A DNA stretch of 63,836 nucleotides, filler included, from Lenisia limosa (taxonomy: Eukaryota; Protista; Breviatea): assembly GCA_001655205.1 (NCBI GenBank). It is 12 parts of 12 records of this genome, joined end to end, with 100 filler letters (N's around TTAATTAATTAA, not from the genome) between each part and the next. Parts side by side here need not be neighbours in the genome. Positions count along the whole stretch, not along the records: positions 36,799 to 38,281 come from LPNZ01001750.1; positions 38,382 to 49,354 come from LPNZ01010983.1; positions 49,455 to 51,145 come from LPNZ01003040.1; 9 more parts are not named here. The stretch is one strand, 5' to 3'. Made by a program: the position numbers and the translations under genes. Below the pieces are notes generated by a model. It did not search any database and was not told the DNA's origin. It worked only from the letters and a program-made list of their open reading frames with translations. Positions 36,853-50,900 of this stretch are shown here, piece by piece. Numbering within the stretch: the first letter of the stretch is position 1; every line of letters begins with the position of its first letter.

Positions 36853-37919
36853 AATATGTTAGCATGGGGGCGGCTCTACACGATGGGGTTGTTGTACCAG
36901 GGTATAATCGTGACTTTTTTCGAAAATTTTCGATATTTCGGAAAAAACTTGCATCGGGAGTAAAATAGGGGGAGTAGCTCTCGGCTACGGTCATACTCTG
37001 GGGGTCATCGCGCATCCCGTCCGCTCTGCGAACGCAAGCCCCAGCAGGCCTTGGTAGTACTGACGTCGGAGATGAGTCGGGAAGGCAGGGTACTGTAGTT
37101 TTTTTCTTTCTTTTTTTTCTTTCTTTTTTTCTTTCTTTTTTTTCTCTTTTTTTTCTCTTTTTTTTCTCTTTTTTTTCTCTTTTTTTTCTCTTTCTTTTTT
37201 TTCTTTGTCTTTTTTTTCTCAAATAATCTAATGCTTGTCANNNNNNNNNNNNNNNNNNNNNNNNNNNNNNNNNNNNNNNNNNNNNNNNNNNNNNNNNNNN
37301 NNNNNNNNNNNNNNNNNNNNNNNNNNNNNNNNNNNNNNNNNNNNNNNNNNNNNNNNNNNNNNNNNNNNNNNNNNNNNNNNNNNNNNNNNNNNNNNNNCGT
37401 TTACTCCCCTCCCCCAGATTTCCAATATCCAAGAAGTGTTGTCGGAGTACCCCCAGCCACTTGCAGCGGAGCTCTTGAAGCCCATCAGTAAACGACTCAA
37501 AAAACTGCGTGACCCTTCGTTCGACCCTACTGTTGAAGAGTAAGGGGGGGGGGGTGGTAAGCCTTTTTTATTTGTTTTGTGGGGCTGTGGGCCTTAAGTG
37601 AAGCCGTAAAGTGTTACCCTCTTTTGTTCCATGTGTTAGAGCATGGGAAACGTGTCTCGAATATTCGAAGCAGCTATACTGGTGTCCTATTGTATCACGC
37701 CACTTTTACCTGTTTTGCTCCTTTCTCCAAATGAACTTGAGTAATTAACAATACAAAATAGAATAAATCGCTCCAAGTAAGGCCTATTTCCATTTGAAAC
37801 CCTGATTTCACGTCTTTAGATATCACAAAAGACGTGTCATGCTCTCGATGCGAGCAGAGGACGTGGAAGAGGCATGGGCGGAAAAGGGACAAGAAAAGCT
37901 GAAAAACATGAAACGCTAA
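36853..37919 (+). CDS. Hypothetical protein, 3' fragment
   Basis: Exons WGRLYTMGLLYQG, ISNIQEVLSEYPQPLAAELLKPISKRLKKLRDPSFDPTVEE, AWETCLEYSKQLY, YHKRRVMLSMRAED.. with splice-like borders. Confidence 0.45.
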
Positions 37920-38381
37920 TTCTGTATAATAGATGGGTAGAGGTTTTTATTATGGATGTACATATATTTGTTTGCTGAGTCCTTAGTGGTTAATTGGTAT
38001 CTTCATGCGCTTTGTTGCCGAAGCATATCTTCCTGAACATCTCCATTCAAAAGACAAAAATTGAAAATATATGAAAAGGAGAATACTGAATGATCTCAAA
38101 TTGAATGATAAAAACAAAAACAAGCTTGCAGCCGAAAATATTTGATATTGTTTCAAGGAAGGGAGATATTTGATATTATTTGAGAAAGCTTCAGCTTCAA
38201 GGGAAATATTTGATATAGCTTCAAATTTAATTATTTCACCCAATCATTTGCCACCTCAGTACATGGAATTAGGGATACAAANNNNNNNNNNNNNNNNNNN
38301 NNNNNNNNNNNNNNNNNNNNNNNNNTTAATTAATTAANNNNNNNNNNNNNNNNNNNNNNNNNNNNNNNNNNNNNNNNNNNN

Positions 38382-38967
38382 CCCCCAGGCTGCCGGACAA
38401 GCCGCTATCGCTATCAGCCGTATGGCTCACCTCAAGAACCTGGGTGTTTCAATTCCCGATTCCGTGGGGAGAGGAGGGGGTGGTCAGTACAGGTAAAACA
38501 AGGAACAAGAGAAAACGGGGGGAATCGCTTTCTTCAGCAGTCAACCACATCATAATTCTCAATAATACGTAGCCTACTAAGCTTCCACTTTGCCCTTCTA
38601 ATTAAGCAAAAACTTTAACCAATTCCTTGATTGCAAGATTGGGATACGTTGCCACAAAAGCGACTGGCCTAAATTGTTTGTTTTGTTGTTCACAACCCTC
38701 GTGTATTGTGTGTTGCTAGCCGACNNNNNNNNNNNNNNNNNNNNNNNNNNNNNNNNNNNNNNNNNNNNNNNNNNNNNNNNNNNNNNNNNNNNNNNNNNNN
38801 NNNNNNNNNNNNNNNNNNNNNNNNNNNNNNNNNNNNNNNNNNNNNNNNNNNNNNNNNNNNNNNNNNNNNNNNNNNNNNNNNNNNNNNNNNNNNNNNNNNN
38901 NGAGGATGACTTGCTTATGGAGAAGGAAGCTGCGGAAGAGGCGGCTGAGCTTGAGGCTGAGGGCTAG
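38382..38967 (+). CDS. Hypothetical protein, 3' fragment
   Basis: QAAGQAAIAISRMAHLKNLGVSIPDS|GT..EDDLLMEKEAAEEAAELEAEG*. Confidence 0.45.
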
Positions 38968-39899
38968 AGTCCTCTGTAATACTACAATAGATGTTTTTTG
39001 AAGTACGCGGTTGGAAGTTGGATTAATTGTATATTAGTATGCAGGGGAGGCACGCAGACAGCTGTGTGCACAGAGCGGTAGGGCTAATTGTGGGGGATTA
39101 TTATTATACATAACCCAATATCTCATAAGCGTGAGGGTGGACGGCTTCTACAAAAGTACTGAATAAACATGGCCAGAGAACCCTAAAAGGAATACCGTTA
39201 TGAACCTCTGGGTTTAGCTCCAGCACAACGAAAGGAGGCGTCAGTATTTCCCTGTACAGCACCCGGTGTACCGCACCCGGGTAATCCCCCTGTTAGATTC
39301 TGAACTCCGATCAGACCCTGGCGTCCGGGAAGTCAGTATATTAGGACCTAATCCGATATACAGGAAACACATAAATACAAATCAATATCATACAGTAGGA
39401 CACATTTTCTCTTGACATCACATCACAAAACCATAACCTAGGAAGATCTTTCAATTGGAGTCAGACTAACCTCATCTGTGGAGTAAGTCAAGCAAGAGAG
39501 GCACGAATTCAAATTAATGAAATTGAGCTAATTGTCTGAAATTACTACACTCCATCCAACCGCTCGAGCAAGCGGGGGAGTCATGATATAACAGTGACCG
39601 GGATAAGTCGTAACAGATTTGTGATGTAATTTCCCAAGGAAAATTTCACCCTTTTTTCTATTCACTCTTTCTTTCTGAAACCCCTCTCTGTGTACCAACC
39701 CTCAAGAATATATAGAAATTAGCAGCAAAGCAAGATTATATCTGGCCGAAGCTGTCCACACTCACGCTTATAAGAGAAAGAAATGTATAAATTCACCCAA
39801 TCATGTGCCTTACAACCCCTAAGAAAAAGCAGCGATTGTTCCATATAAGCCCATCCCACCCCGATAAGAATAAGCAGGTGGCGCGGCCGAGATGCGCGG

Positions 39900-42800
39900 C
39901 GCTAACGGGCTGGTGCAGATTACCCTATGGCCTGGCATGGGCTGGGCACTGTAGGCAGGAGGTAGCCTACAATCGTAACCGAACTGACAGCAGTATATTA
40001 TTCATATATAGGACCTGGGGTGAGAGTGTCAAGAGCCAACACTATGAATTCTTTAATATCATATCTCAAAAAGTGTTCCAAATAACAGCTTTCTACACAT
40101 CATCCATGTTTCAAATGTACAAGTCATATCATATGTCGTCAAAAATATGATACACTCAGTAGAAACGGGAAAGACAACGAGGTTGTATTGTATCTGGCAA
40201 AGCAGTCCGAAAACGTTTCTTTTTATCCTATGGGTGATTTCGACCCGAAACAAGGTACGGTCCACGCTCATTATATATACTATTGGATAAACAGAAACAT
40301 TTTCGGACGGCTTCGCGATACAACCTTGTTGTATTTCCCATCAATGCATATCATATACTATTATATTATGATACATGATCATATGATCTTTATATAATAA
40401 TAGTAACATGATATGATCTATCCTCCAAGGTTTCCCCAACGTACGACGACACAGGCGTCATAAATGGTGCAGGTGGCGGACGAGGGCTCTCAGCAGGCAC
40501 CCCGACACCACCTGGGGGATTCGGCTGCGGATTGGCCTGCAAATTTGTTTGTGGTGATGACGTCAGCGACCGGGACGGTCTAGCAATAACCAGGGGGGAT
40601 CGGTGGATATCGACGGAGGCCGAGCCTCTATTGTTGATCGGTGATCTACTTCGGTCGAATTGGACAGTTATTCCCGAAGGTGACTGGGCATTGGGGATTC
40701 CCGCGGGCCTTGGAGTCAGTGAGTTTCCATATACGGAAGGATTTGGAGAAGTGGCTCGTGGGGCCAGGTTTTGGGTCTGGTGGAGGCTACTGTTTGATGG
40801 TACTCTTTGGACCGTTATGGTGCCGGAACTGTTGGTTGTCAGTATCACGTCGGATTCATCGAGGGCCGGGATGCTGCTGGTTTGTCGCTCAAGAAGTAGT
40901 TTCCTAAAGGGGAAGTGAGCGTACCTGCCATATTTGGTGTTTTACAAATTTATCTGAGAACTATAGTCACTCTTCAAAAGTGCACCCCTCCCAAGCCAAC
41001 TTTTTGTGTAGTTTCTTCTTGTAGAACAAGTAAGAAATAAGCAAGCCAAACTACATTCAAGTAAAAAAAAAAAAACAAGTCTAATTTGATGACAAAAAAA
41101 ACTTCACAAAACAAATAATCCAAAAAAGCAGGGAAAGTGATATCTTTCTAATCGTTTATTGTTAAGTGCTTTACCCCTCCCTCTCCAACATTAATAGCAA
41201 CAACCAGCACAACTCGGCTTGTCAGGCCACTGAAGGTGTCGCCAGGACACTTCAGGTTATACAAGAGGTCTCTGCGTAGGGAAATAAAATTAGAAATGAA
41301 TAAAAAAAAAAGCCCAGAATCAACTTTGTTGTGTGGGGGGGGGGGTGAGAATGCGGAATTTATGGAACAACCCTTCCCTCCCAATCACTCTGCTCTGAGA
41401 TTTCTATAGTAATACATAATATATACAGTATATGATTATATTATACTAATTATACATACAAAGCTTTCATCTGTTGTCTCCCAAGATGTATTCTATTCTT
41501 TACAAACACCCACATTTGGAAGTGGCAGTTGAACGGATCGAGAGGGAAAGGGTTGGGGTCATCAAGACTCCTGGTGTAACGGTAATGGCAATTTCGGCTA
41601 TTCTAAGTGTGTGATATGCTGAACTGGACTGAATTAATGCAATACTCTAATTCAACATCTCTTATAACAGTAATGCTGTCGAAGGCTTCGGCCAGATACT
41701 TATCCTTCCATAACCCACAAACCCTGAATCCTTCATAATCACCATAATTCGCAAAGCAGTAAATCGTGTAGTCAAATGTTGTTGTGTCCTAGAATACATA
41801 AGTTTGTCAAATTGGCGCTAATCCAAGACTCATGGTTGAGAATTCTTACTTGACCTTCACTTCGGTTCGAAAAAAGACTGCAATTATCGATATTTTACCG
41901 GTATTTTTTTGAACCGAAGTGAAACCCTTAACTCTTACCAATCCATAAACCCCCAAAAGACCAGTTGATATCTATCGAAAGTGTTTTTANNNNNNNNNNN
42001 NNNNNNNNNNNNNNNNNNNNNNNCAGCCACTGGTTCCCACAAACACAAAAAAAAACGAGGTTATAGAGAATTTATCCACAACTATCTGATAACCATCGAA
42101 ATTTTCACGGGGGTTTTTCAGCCTAAGGCAAGTATCAGCCACCACCCACTGAAAACTTTCTATTCTGCTTTTCTACCTCATTTTTCGCTCCAATTCTAAG
42201 AAATGTCAAGTTTATTGAACAAAAAAAAAAAAAAAANNNNNNNNNNNNNNNNNNNNNNNNNNNNNNNNNNNNNNNNNNNNNNNNNNNNNNNNNNNNNNNN
42301 NNNNNNNNNNNNNNNNTTCACTTCACATTTGGGAGAGAAAAAGGTCTGATTCTTACGAGCAAACTCCAAGGGGATAATCCTCAGCCACAAGTGCGCTCTA
42401 TATTGTGAGAAAACCAAAATTTGCCATTCATATATATCAACACCACAAGAAAGAATGGAACATTTATATCATCATGAAGGTCTTGAAAAAGACATGAGCA
42501 CAGATGTGGGATATACGCTTATAAGCGACATTGAACACTGACAACACCAAAAACCTGCCAGATAGTGGAGTCTGTGATAATGGTAACAGCAAGAAGAAGT
42601 AGGACCATGATTGGTCCGGCCCAAATTACCACCCACTCTACAAAGTCAAAGGAGTATATTTGGTGCGTTGCGTTGCTACATATTACATAGAGATGAGATA
42701 CATATACGGACAACGTTGTATCTGGCCGACCCCGTCCACACCATCACGCTTACCATTTCTACATAACTAATAGCCATTCTAATCCTGTCTGCTTATTATT

Positions 42801-43570
42801 TCAAAACAAGAATGCAAAAACACACACAAAACACCAATCTTGCCCCTCCAACTGAATCGGTGAAGTCGTAGTTTGATGTTCTCCAACTCAGTGTCGTCAA
42901 CAGACCTGAAGCGTGAATCTTAATGGGAGAGAAAAGGGAGACCGAGGGAGAGAGAGGAATTTCGAAAATACTCAAGATTAGTTATTTTAAACAAACAGCA
43001 AAAGTTTATCAAACCTCATTTTCATGGTAGCAGCGAGTGAAATAGCCGGCTATAAGGCAGCATCTAAGCAAGTGAGAAATAGCCCGCTATATTTCAAAAC
43101 AAGGCTATATCTAGCCGAAGCTGTCCACACCATCACACTTATAAGAGATATTGAATTATAGTATTGAATAATGTATAGTATATAATAGTCCACATATAAG
43201 CATAGTCCGCCCTTATATTATAATAGTCCACACAAAAGTCCGCAGTTATTGTATATAATAGTACACTAATCAGCAAAGTTCTCCCTTGAAATACTATAAT
43301 ATAAGATAATAGTACACTTTTTGTTTAGTTGCCATATAATAAAATAGTCCGCCCTTATATAATGAACAGCATAGGAGGAATAGATAATACATATATTCCT
43401 CCTAGGATAAATTATTGAGATTTCCAGATTTGCAAAGATGCAAAGACGATGAGTAGAGAATATCAGAAATGCAGAGGGCAAGTGGAGATCAACCGTAAGG
43501 ATCCCCCTATACCAACCTGAACGACCCATTGGAGAGTCGGGATATTTGCTTCTCAACTTCAGCTGCAAAA
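39900..43570 (-). CDS. Hypothetical membrane protein with Pro/Ser-rich cytosolic tail; multi-exon
   Basis: TM-like VEWVVIWAGPIMVLLLLAVTII; exons DTTTFDYTIYCFANYGDYEGFR, RNCHYRYTRSLDDPNPFPLDPFNCHFQM, RDLLYNLKCPGDTFSGLTSRVVLVVAINVGE; long low-complexity exon 40400-40900. Confidence 0.5.
43105..43165. repeat. Repeat family E (~60 bp): TTCAATATCTCTTATAAGCGTGATGGTGTGGACRGCTTCGGCCAGATACAACCTT
   Basis: About 10 copies in both genomic orientations: 23473, 27080, 27255, 31455, 31905, 39115, 39730, 40175/40300, 41655, 42712, 43105. Confidence 0.75.
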
Positions 43571-44630
43571 TCAACTCTCAGATGGGCTTCTAATATGAAG
43601 TAGATTGGTGGGGAAAAGACAATGGCTTCACACGTGAGCTACCTTGGCTCCAATTTTTATCTTTTTATTTAATGGAGGATGGAGGTAGACGACACAACCA
43701 AAATTTGGAACAAGAAAGAGGATGTCAAAAGTTAAAACAAAGACATTATACGTCCCCCATATAGGCATTGTATAAAAGCATTTTGCTTAATTTTTTTATT
43801 CGGAAATGCACTGGAAATCAGATTTATAATTATTATTTATATTTATTTTGTGATTGGATAAGTTTCGTTTTCAGTTCCACTCAATACCTATACTTCCCGC
43901 CCATCCCCCTTTCCCCCAGAGTTATAGTATATTTAAGACAAAAAACAACTTACACAGCGGCAGGAAGGTCATTTGACCAGTTTTTCTCTCGCCCCTTTTC
44001 AGCGATCAAATCATTGGTATGGGCGTATCCCTCTAAATAGCGGCAGTCTATAATTTAGGCAACCCATAGCAGATATGCGGTTTGGTTTTTTCTTTCTCTT
44101 TGTCAAAATATTATTTTCAAGAAGGAGGTGTTGAAGTAACTAACATTATGTTTTCTTACTTTGACTTTGGAGTTTAACAATATAGCTTTTTCTCATCAAC
44201 ATATCAACATTAGGAAAGGGTATTTAACAATCACATCTTGTGACTCCTGGATAATTGTTCATTTTTTTCTTCTCTAAGCGGGTGTGGGCGTCTTCGACCT
44301 TTGTTTGATTTATTTTCATATTAATTTCACCACAATCAGACACCAGTCTCCAATGAGATGAATACAAAAAGCTTGTTTACAAAGTTATAAGCGAATGATT
44401 GGGTATTATTATTACATTATAAACATTTCTATTCACATTTCACCAATCATATGAACGTATCGTGTTAATTAAAAGTCTTTGAAGCTCACAGGTGTTCAAT
44501 GATGCGGCTAGATATTCTTCTATTGTTATTATTCTTTTCTACAACTCTAACCACAATTATTCCTCCAGATGTTTCGTCTTTCGGCTTAGTCAAGCCCCGC
44601 TGAGCCTCCAATTGCGTCTGTGTGCCCAAT

Positions 44631-47060
44631 ATGGGTGGGTGTTAGGCTTGTCTCTGATATCGGAATGAGATTAGTCAGAAGGTTCCAAGTTTTTCGGAAA
44701 AAATATTCCCCTAGAAATTCAAGCTGACAACGAGACAACATGGGGTCCTTTTTTGTGATGAACAAAGGATACAAATGAAATAGTGGGGCTCCTGTACACT
44801 CTTCTATATCATCATTGTTTTCATACTGATGATTTTTTTGGAATGCTTTGCCCGCATAATAGCTTTTCTTAGTTTGCTACTATTCAAGCTGCATATCAAT
44901 TAAAATGACTTAGAGTCTTTTAAAAGATAGAAGTAACTCTTTAGGCTGCGGTTCAAGCAAAGACACTCCTGCTGAACCGAAAGAGCAATCAAGGCCAACC
45001 TCACCCTCAAAAACTGAAGAACAAAAGACACAGTCGTGGGTCATTGGGCCGTTAATCCGTTTTGTTTCCCTTTTTGGTCCCAAAAGGGTGAAGATATCGA
45101 TATGATATGGTATAGTATAGTATATGATAATGTCTCGGGAAGGAAGGGGTGTGTGTATGTGTGTGTGTGTGTGTGTTTTTATAAAACTTTTTCGTTGCGC
45201 ATCAAATACCATGAATGCATACTGGCTACTATAGAACATACTCATTTTACTAACATTTCATATTTCTCTCCAAGCTGAAATTAATGTTTTCAGCCCCAAC
45301 GACACCACTTCCGAGCCAATGAAGTCCGAAACCCCCCAACCAAGCCCGCCGTCCTCCCACCNNNNNNNNNNNNNNNNNNNNNNNNNNNNNNNNNNNNNNN
45401 NNNNNNNNNNNNNNNNNNNNNNNNNNNNNNNNNNNNNNNNNNNNNNNNNNNNNNNNNNNNNNNNNNNNNNNNNNNNNNNNNNNNNNNNNNNNNNNNNNNN
45501 NNNNNNNNNNNNNNNNNNNNNNNNNNNNNNNNNNNNNNNNNNNNNNNNNNNNNNNNNNNNNNNNNNNNNNNNNNNNNNNNNNNNNNNNNNNNNNNNNNNN
45601 NNNNNNNNNNNNNNNNNNNNNNNNNNNNNNNNGAAACCATTATTTAGCCAACAGAGTTGTTTATCAATTGCTTCACCCGAATAATTTTCCATCTATACTG
45701 GAGTGATCGGATGCGGTGCTCAGATGGCCTATGGCTTTGTTTTGTTTTTTTGTTATCAACCCTCGTGTGTTGTCAGCCAACGGAGTTGATTTTGGGCCTT
45801 TTTGTATTTTATTTCATAAATTTTCCAATTTTATCCCCCCCCCCCCCNNNNNNNNNNNNNNNNNNNNNNNNNNNNNNNNNNNNNNNNNNNNNNNNNNNNN
45901 NNNNNNNNNNNNNNNNNNNNNNNNNNNNNNNNGATGAAGTGGCCGCGGAGCTCTATCCTGACATTCCGAAGGCTCGAAACAAGCGGTCACAGAACGCGGA
46001 CCAGGAAACCCTTGACGTCATAGACTCCTTGTATCTTTCGGTGCTCCATTCCGTGATGATCAGCCTACCTCCCGAGCCGGCAGTGATTACCGAAGGTTTG
46101 TTGCGACCTTGGATGGCGAATCAGTGGTTTATATTGGTTTTTTTTCTTCTCGGATTAGAAATTAGCTATATTTATTGGGGAAATTTGAAAATTAAGTGTT
46201 TTTTTATGGAACCTTGAGCGAAGCTCTAATGCCCTGGGACCGAGATCCAGTTTAATTCCTCAAAATCTGAATTTGGTGGCAAATTTCCGCAAATATTTTC
46301 TCTTCTCGTTTTAACATTCAAAGGCTGCCAATCTGGATACCCCGAGTATCTCCATCTTATTATTACAGAAGAAACTGAAGAACAGGAAGCAGTTTTGGCG
46401 GAATCAAAAGATGGTAGGTGACTTCTCCTGGTGTTATTTTCACATTTACTTTCACTTTCTCAGCTTTTGATATTTGCATACCTGTATAAACTGGATGATA
46501 AACGGATTTTCCATTTCTCATTTCTACATGGATAATCATAAATCTCTTTCTTTGCATTATTCCCTTGGCTTATTGGGATATCTAGGTTTTAGCTTGCACA
46601 AAAAAAAGAGAATTTTGCTTGTCACTCGACATGTTATTTTCTCATTAAATATTAGCTACAGTGCCTTTTATCTTGTCAGAAATCTCCACTCCTCAAGAAA
46701 CCCCCTCAGAAGAACCCGAAACACCATCCTCACCAAAAGACGACACCCCAAAGGATGAATCAGGTTTGCTTGGTGGTAAGTAGGGCTTGGGACTGTATCT
46801 CTCGATTAATCCTCGATAAATATAGATATAATATTACCAGTCTTTTTCCGACCGTAGGGAAGCCCTAGTGGTAAGGCTTCTCTGAGCTAAATATTTTACT
46901 ATTAGAACCGAAAGTGAAGCGCTTATTATCACCTTTTCGATTTTTTTAACAGTGCAGAAGTCCCCGAAACCCCGGATGTTGCCGATATTAAGAGTGACTC
47001 CCTCGGAAATTTAGACGATCTTAATGATCTAGATGATGAATTTGCCGCATTAGATGACGG
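44631..47060 (+). CDS. Acidic, Pro/Glu-rich protein with predicted MGCGSSK acylation motif; multi-exon, tentative
   Basis: ATGG|GT..AG|GCTGCGGTTCAAGCAAA gives MGCGSSKDTPAEPKE; later exons DEVAAELYPDIPKARNK, EISTPQETPSEEPETP, DSLGNLDDLNDLDDEFAALDD. Confidence 0.45.
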
Positions 47061-48039
47061 TGGGCGAAATGTAATAATTTCAGCCATATAATTAGATTAC
47101 TTTTTATTTTTTTCTCATAAAATTCCCATGGATACAATCAAAAATGTGAAGTTTAGCGATAACCGAGTTTTTTTGCAACTTGTTTTAGTTTACCTTTGAC
47201 TCACTATTGTAGATGACGCTGCTGCCGTTTAATTTTGATAAATGTACTCCACTTTGTTTTTATTTGGTCCTTGGAGGATGATTGTGTACAGGGAATGATA
47301 GTGAATGGGTTACCCTTATAATCAACAGGGTGGTGTTGACTGTTGCTGCCAGATAGTTTTATCTCCCAACACATATGCTCCAGTGTAAACTCATGTTGAT
47401 AAAACATCCGTTTAATGCTGTAATCCCATAAAACACAACCCCTTCGAGTGGGCTTGTAGCAAATATGAAAGGGCGACGCCAGACCTAAGATGGTCCCATG
47501 GTTACCACTACACAACCCCCCCTTCTCATTCAAAACTACCCAGCAAGAGGGAAGGGAAAAAAACTGCATTACGGCCTTTGGTACATCTAAGGCTCCATTC
47601 TTGAGGTGCCAAAAGAAAGACATTTTGCTTATTGCTCAGAAAGAGTGGAGCTGAAAAAGGTTAGAGTTGCAACATGCTTTAGTTTGAGTAATTACAACCG
47701 CAACAATGATATAACATCCAACATAACACACAACTATATATATATGCCGTGTAACACACCCTGGATATAATATTTACCTTCCAGTGTGCTCATGAAGCGT
47801 AATGCTCCTTTTGCCCGTATGCATGCAGCCAAAAAACAAAACAAAAAAAAAACAAAGAGGTTTTGTAGAGAATGAAAAATACAACCACTCAAAGGCGTAT
47901 CAATATCGGTTTATATATCCAAAAAAAAAATATTCTTCAACCCTCATAATCGTACCAATACCCTTTAACAAAGTAGCAAAAGAAAGAAAGTAAATGGAAC
48001 ACTTTCATGAAACTAGGCTTAATCCCAATCCCTTCCAAC

Positions 48040-48343
48040 AAACCGAAGTGTTCTCATAAACGTCGAGTCAACATCCTCATCATCCCAGCTGGTTTCCCAA
48101 GATCCTTGTTCAGCCTAAAAGTGAACGGTCAAGAACGTCACACAACCAACCACGGGCTTATTTGATGGCTTCCAGTCTAAAGGGGCATTAGAAAGGTGGA
48201 GTTGAGGGGGAGAGGCTTACCATCTTCGAACTCCTCAAAATCGTCGTCAAAGGCATAGGCCTGCAACGGTTACAGGAGTCATTATATCAATAGTTAACAA
48301 TGAAACAAACCTTAATTGAATCATCAGGGGCTTTATCGCTCAT
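48040..48343 (-). CDS. SEM1: Proteasome lid/TREX-2 subunit SEM1/DSS1; last exon not resolved
   Basis: MSDKAPDDSIK|AYAFDDDFEEFED|DWKPSNKP|AEQGSWETSWDDEDVDSTFMRTLR, matching the DDxFEEF and W..xWDD motifs. Confidence 0.85.
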
Positions 48344-48575
48344 TTTTAAACTACTCTAAGAAAACCTGGCGGAGTTAATTCAATTATTCACGTATATATT
48401 ATGATAAACAAAGACTCTTACTTACTTAAGAATTGCAAAAGAGAAAATTACGAAAATTCGAAAACAGTGTATAGTCACGTTGAGCGCCATCGCGCATATA
48501 TAAACAATAAATCCAATGCAAAAAACTCCAACTTGAGGCTTTCTATCTCGACAAGGGAGAATGTTAGACTTCAAG

Positions 48576-49040
48576 ATGTTTCACGTGACAGCACTAGTTC
48601 TTTGTGAGTTTTTTTTTATCGGGTCAAAATACATGTTTCTCTGCTCATTTCCCCAGTCTATTTCTTTTAGAAATCGATTACGCATGTACTGTCTAACTGA
48701 ATATTCTAGTCCGAAGACTATACTCATCTTGCAGGTCTTCTTCTCACAGGCTCTTTTGCCGATCCCATCCAGGACCTCGCCAAACAAGCTTCTGCCGCCA
48801 GGTAGGGCGTTTTTTTAGGCTGATTTTATCCGTATTTACTAACTGAAAAGGTCACAGAATTCACATACACCTAAGGGATTGATAAACTTTTCTATTTATT
48901 ACTTACCCATTTCATTTCTTTTGCCTTATTTTTCCAACGTGATCTGAAATAAGTGTAAGTCTATCCTCACTCCCCAGATGTCCTTACAGTGATTATGACT
49001 CGTCAAAATTCTGTCCCAATGTCCAAGGAGAAATAGAGGT
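48576..49040 (+). CDS. Hypothetical secreted Cys-containing protein, 5' fragment
   Basis: Three exons in phase: MFHVTALVL|CLLLTGSFADPIQDLAKQASAA|RCPYSDYDSSKFCPNVQGEIE; divergent from SEM1. Confidence 0.55.
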
Positions 49041-49539
49041 TGGAGGCTATGAGGCTAGTTTAACTTTTTTTTTTAAAAAAAATGAAGTTCTTATCTAGGA
49101 TAGTATATCATGCTATATGTGTTGGCTTCAGTTCCCTTTTTTTTGATTCCAGGGCTTCAGTTAAGGTCACTGATTGCATTGATACCGAAATAGTTTTACT
49201 TTGATTAAAATTGTGCTTTATTTCCATAATTGACAAAGCATTTATGCCGCGGATAAACTCAGATGCAACTCACCCCCCCCATCAAATTGCTATCGCAAAG
49301 AGCTGTGTACACATAGGTGTAAGGCAAATTAGTGTGAATTAAATCATATATGTANNNNNNNNNNNNNNNNNNNNNNNNNNNNNNNNNNNNNNNNNNNNTT
49401 AATTAATTAANNNNNNNNNNNNNNNNNNNNNNNNNNNNNNNNNNNNNNNNNNNNAGACCGACAGAACTCCAGGTAACACACACCATGATCAAAGACCGAC
49501 AGAACTCCAGGTAATACACACCTTGATCAAAGACTCGGA

Positions 49540-50900
49540 GTTAGCAGAAGAACTTGAGAAGAGCTGACGATGTCCATTGTAGCCCCAAGTAAATACATCT
49601 CCGTTATCTGGGGGAAAATTCATGAAACAAAAAAAGCCCAAAATCACTTGTTAGCTGACAAGGAACAAAACAAACGAAGGCCAGGCCAGTCGCTTGTAAA
49701 TATTCTTATCGAGGATTTGTCGGATTTATCGAGGATTTATCGAGGATTTATCGAGGATTTAGCCCACTTGTAAGCATTGCAAAGTGATAGGTGCCAGGCA
49801 AAAACTCGACCACAAAATCCCCGGCTGAAAGTACCCCGGGGTATGATGGGTTCTCCGTGATTGTTGTGACAGGACTGTTCGCGTGCGCGATCTGGGGGAT
49901 ATGGTCAATGATATGAAACAAAAAAAGCCCAAATTAACTCAGTTGGCTGTTCATATGAATAAGGTAAGTGGTAGGCAACAAAAAAAAGAGGGAAATTATT
50001 GAATCAAAAAAGCCCAAAATCAACTCTGTTGGCTGACAACACACGAAAGTTTATAACAACAAAACAAACAAAACCCAGGCCAGTCGCTTCTGCAGCGCCG
50101 CTTCCCATCACGAGGAGGGTAAATGAGGAATATTGCACATCTCCCTCCAAACAAAACAAAAAGGCATTTGGACAACACAAGGGTTGAAAACACCCCCCCC
50201 CCTCACCTGTTTATAGGGGTTGTACCCTAGGCATTTCAGCTTGTTATCTACAGAGTGACTAACGCTCTCCAAATAAAATAGATTTACAGTGACCGGATAA
50301 GTCTTGACACGGGTATTTAGCTTTATCTTTGGTCAATCGTGTCAGGACTTATCGCAGTCACTGTATGTATAACACCCTCTCAGTCTTGGAACGGATATTG
50401 AGCCCAAATAAGTATAATAGTGTATATTTGATATACAGATGCCCTCCCCCCTACCAGTCTTTACAATAGCACAAACAGTGTAATGAGAGGCAGCAGCATG
50501 GGCCACTACCCCCCATGAGGCACTGAGATCGTTGAAACCAGGGTAGAACTTGTCATTGTCGCTGTTTTCCTGGACGGAATGTTGTTAGTGTTATTGATGT
50601 TGTTAATAATGATGATGATAATGATGATGATGTTGTTAGTGTTGTTGATGTTGTTAATATGATGATAATGTTGGTTGGTATCTAACCCAGTACCTCCCTA
50701 CTCCCAAAAATAATAATAGTAATTAGGCTTCACTTCGGTTCGAAAAAAGACAAAATTTCTCGATAAATTCTCGAAAACTATCGATATTTTATCGGTATTT
50801 TTCGAACCGAAGCCATACCCCCCACCACGCCTAGGCCATTGAATAGTCCAACACCGCACATTCTCAACGTTACTGAGAAATTAGTCCTTTATTAGGCAAC
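49540..50900 (-). CDS. RCC1/BLIP-II-like repeat protein, fragment
   Basis: FLPGTYHFAMLT|DNGDVFTWGYNGHRQL fits the RCC1 repeat (H..LT..G.V..WG.N..QL). Confidence 0.5.

Noticed and set aside
47204-47623. 139-aa single-exon ORF on the minus strand
   Set aside because: No recognisable motif and atypical for this intron-dense genome; may be real but is unsupported.
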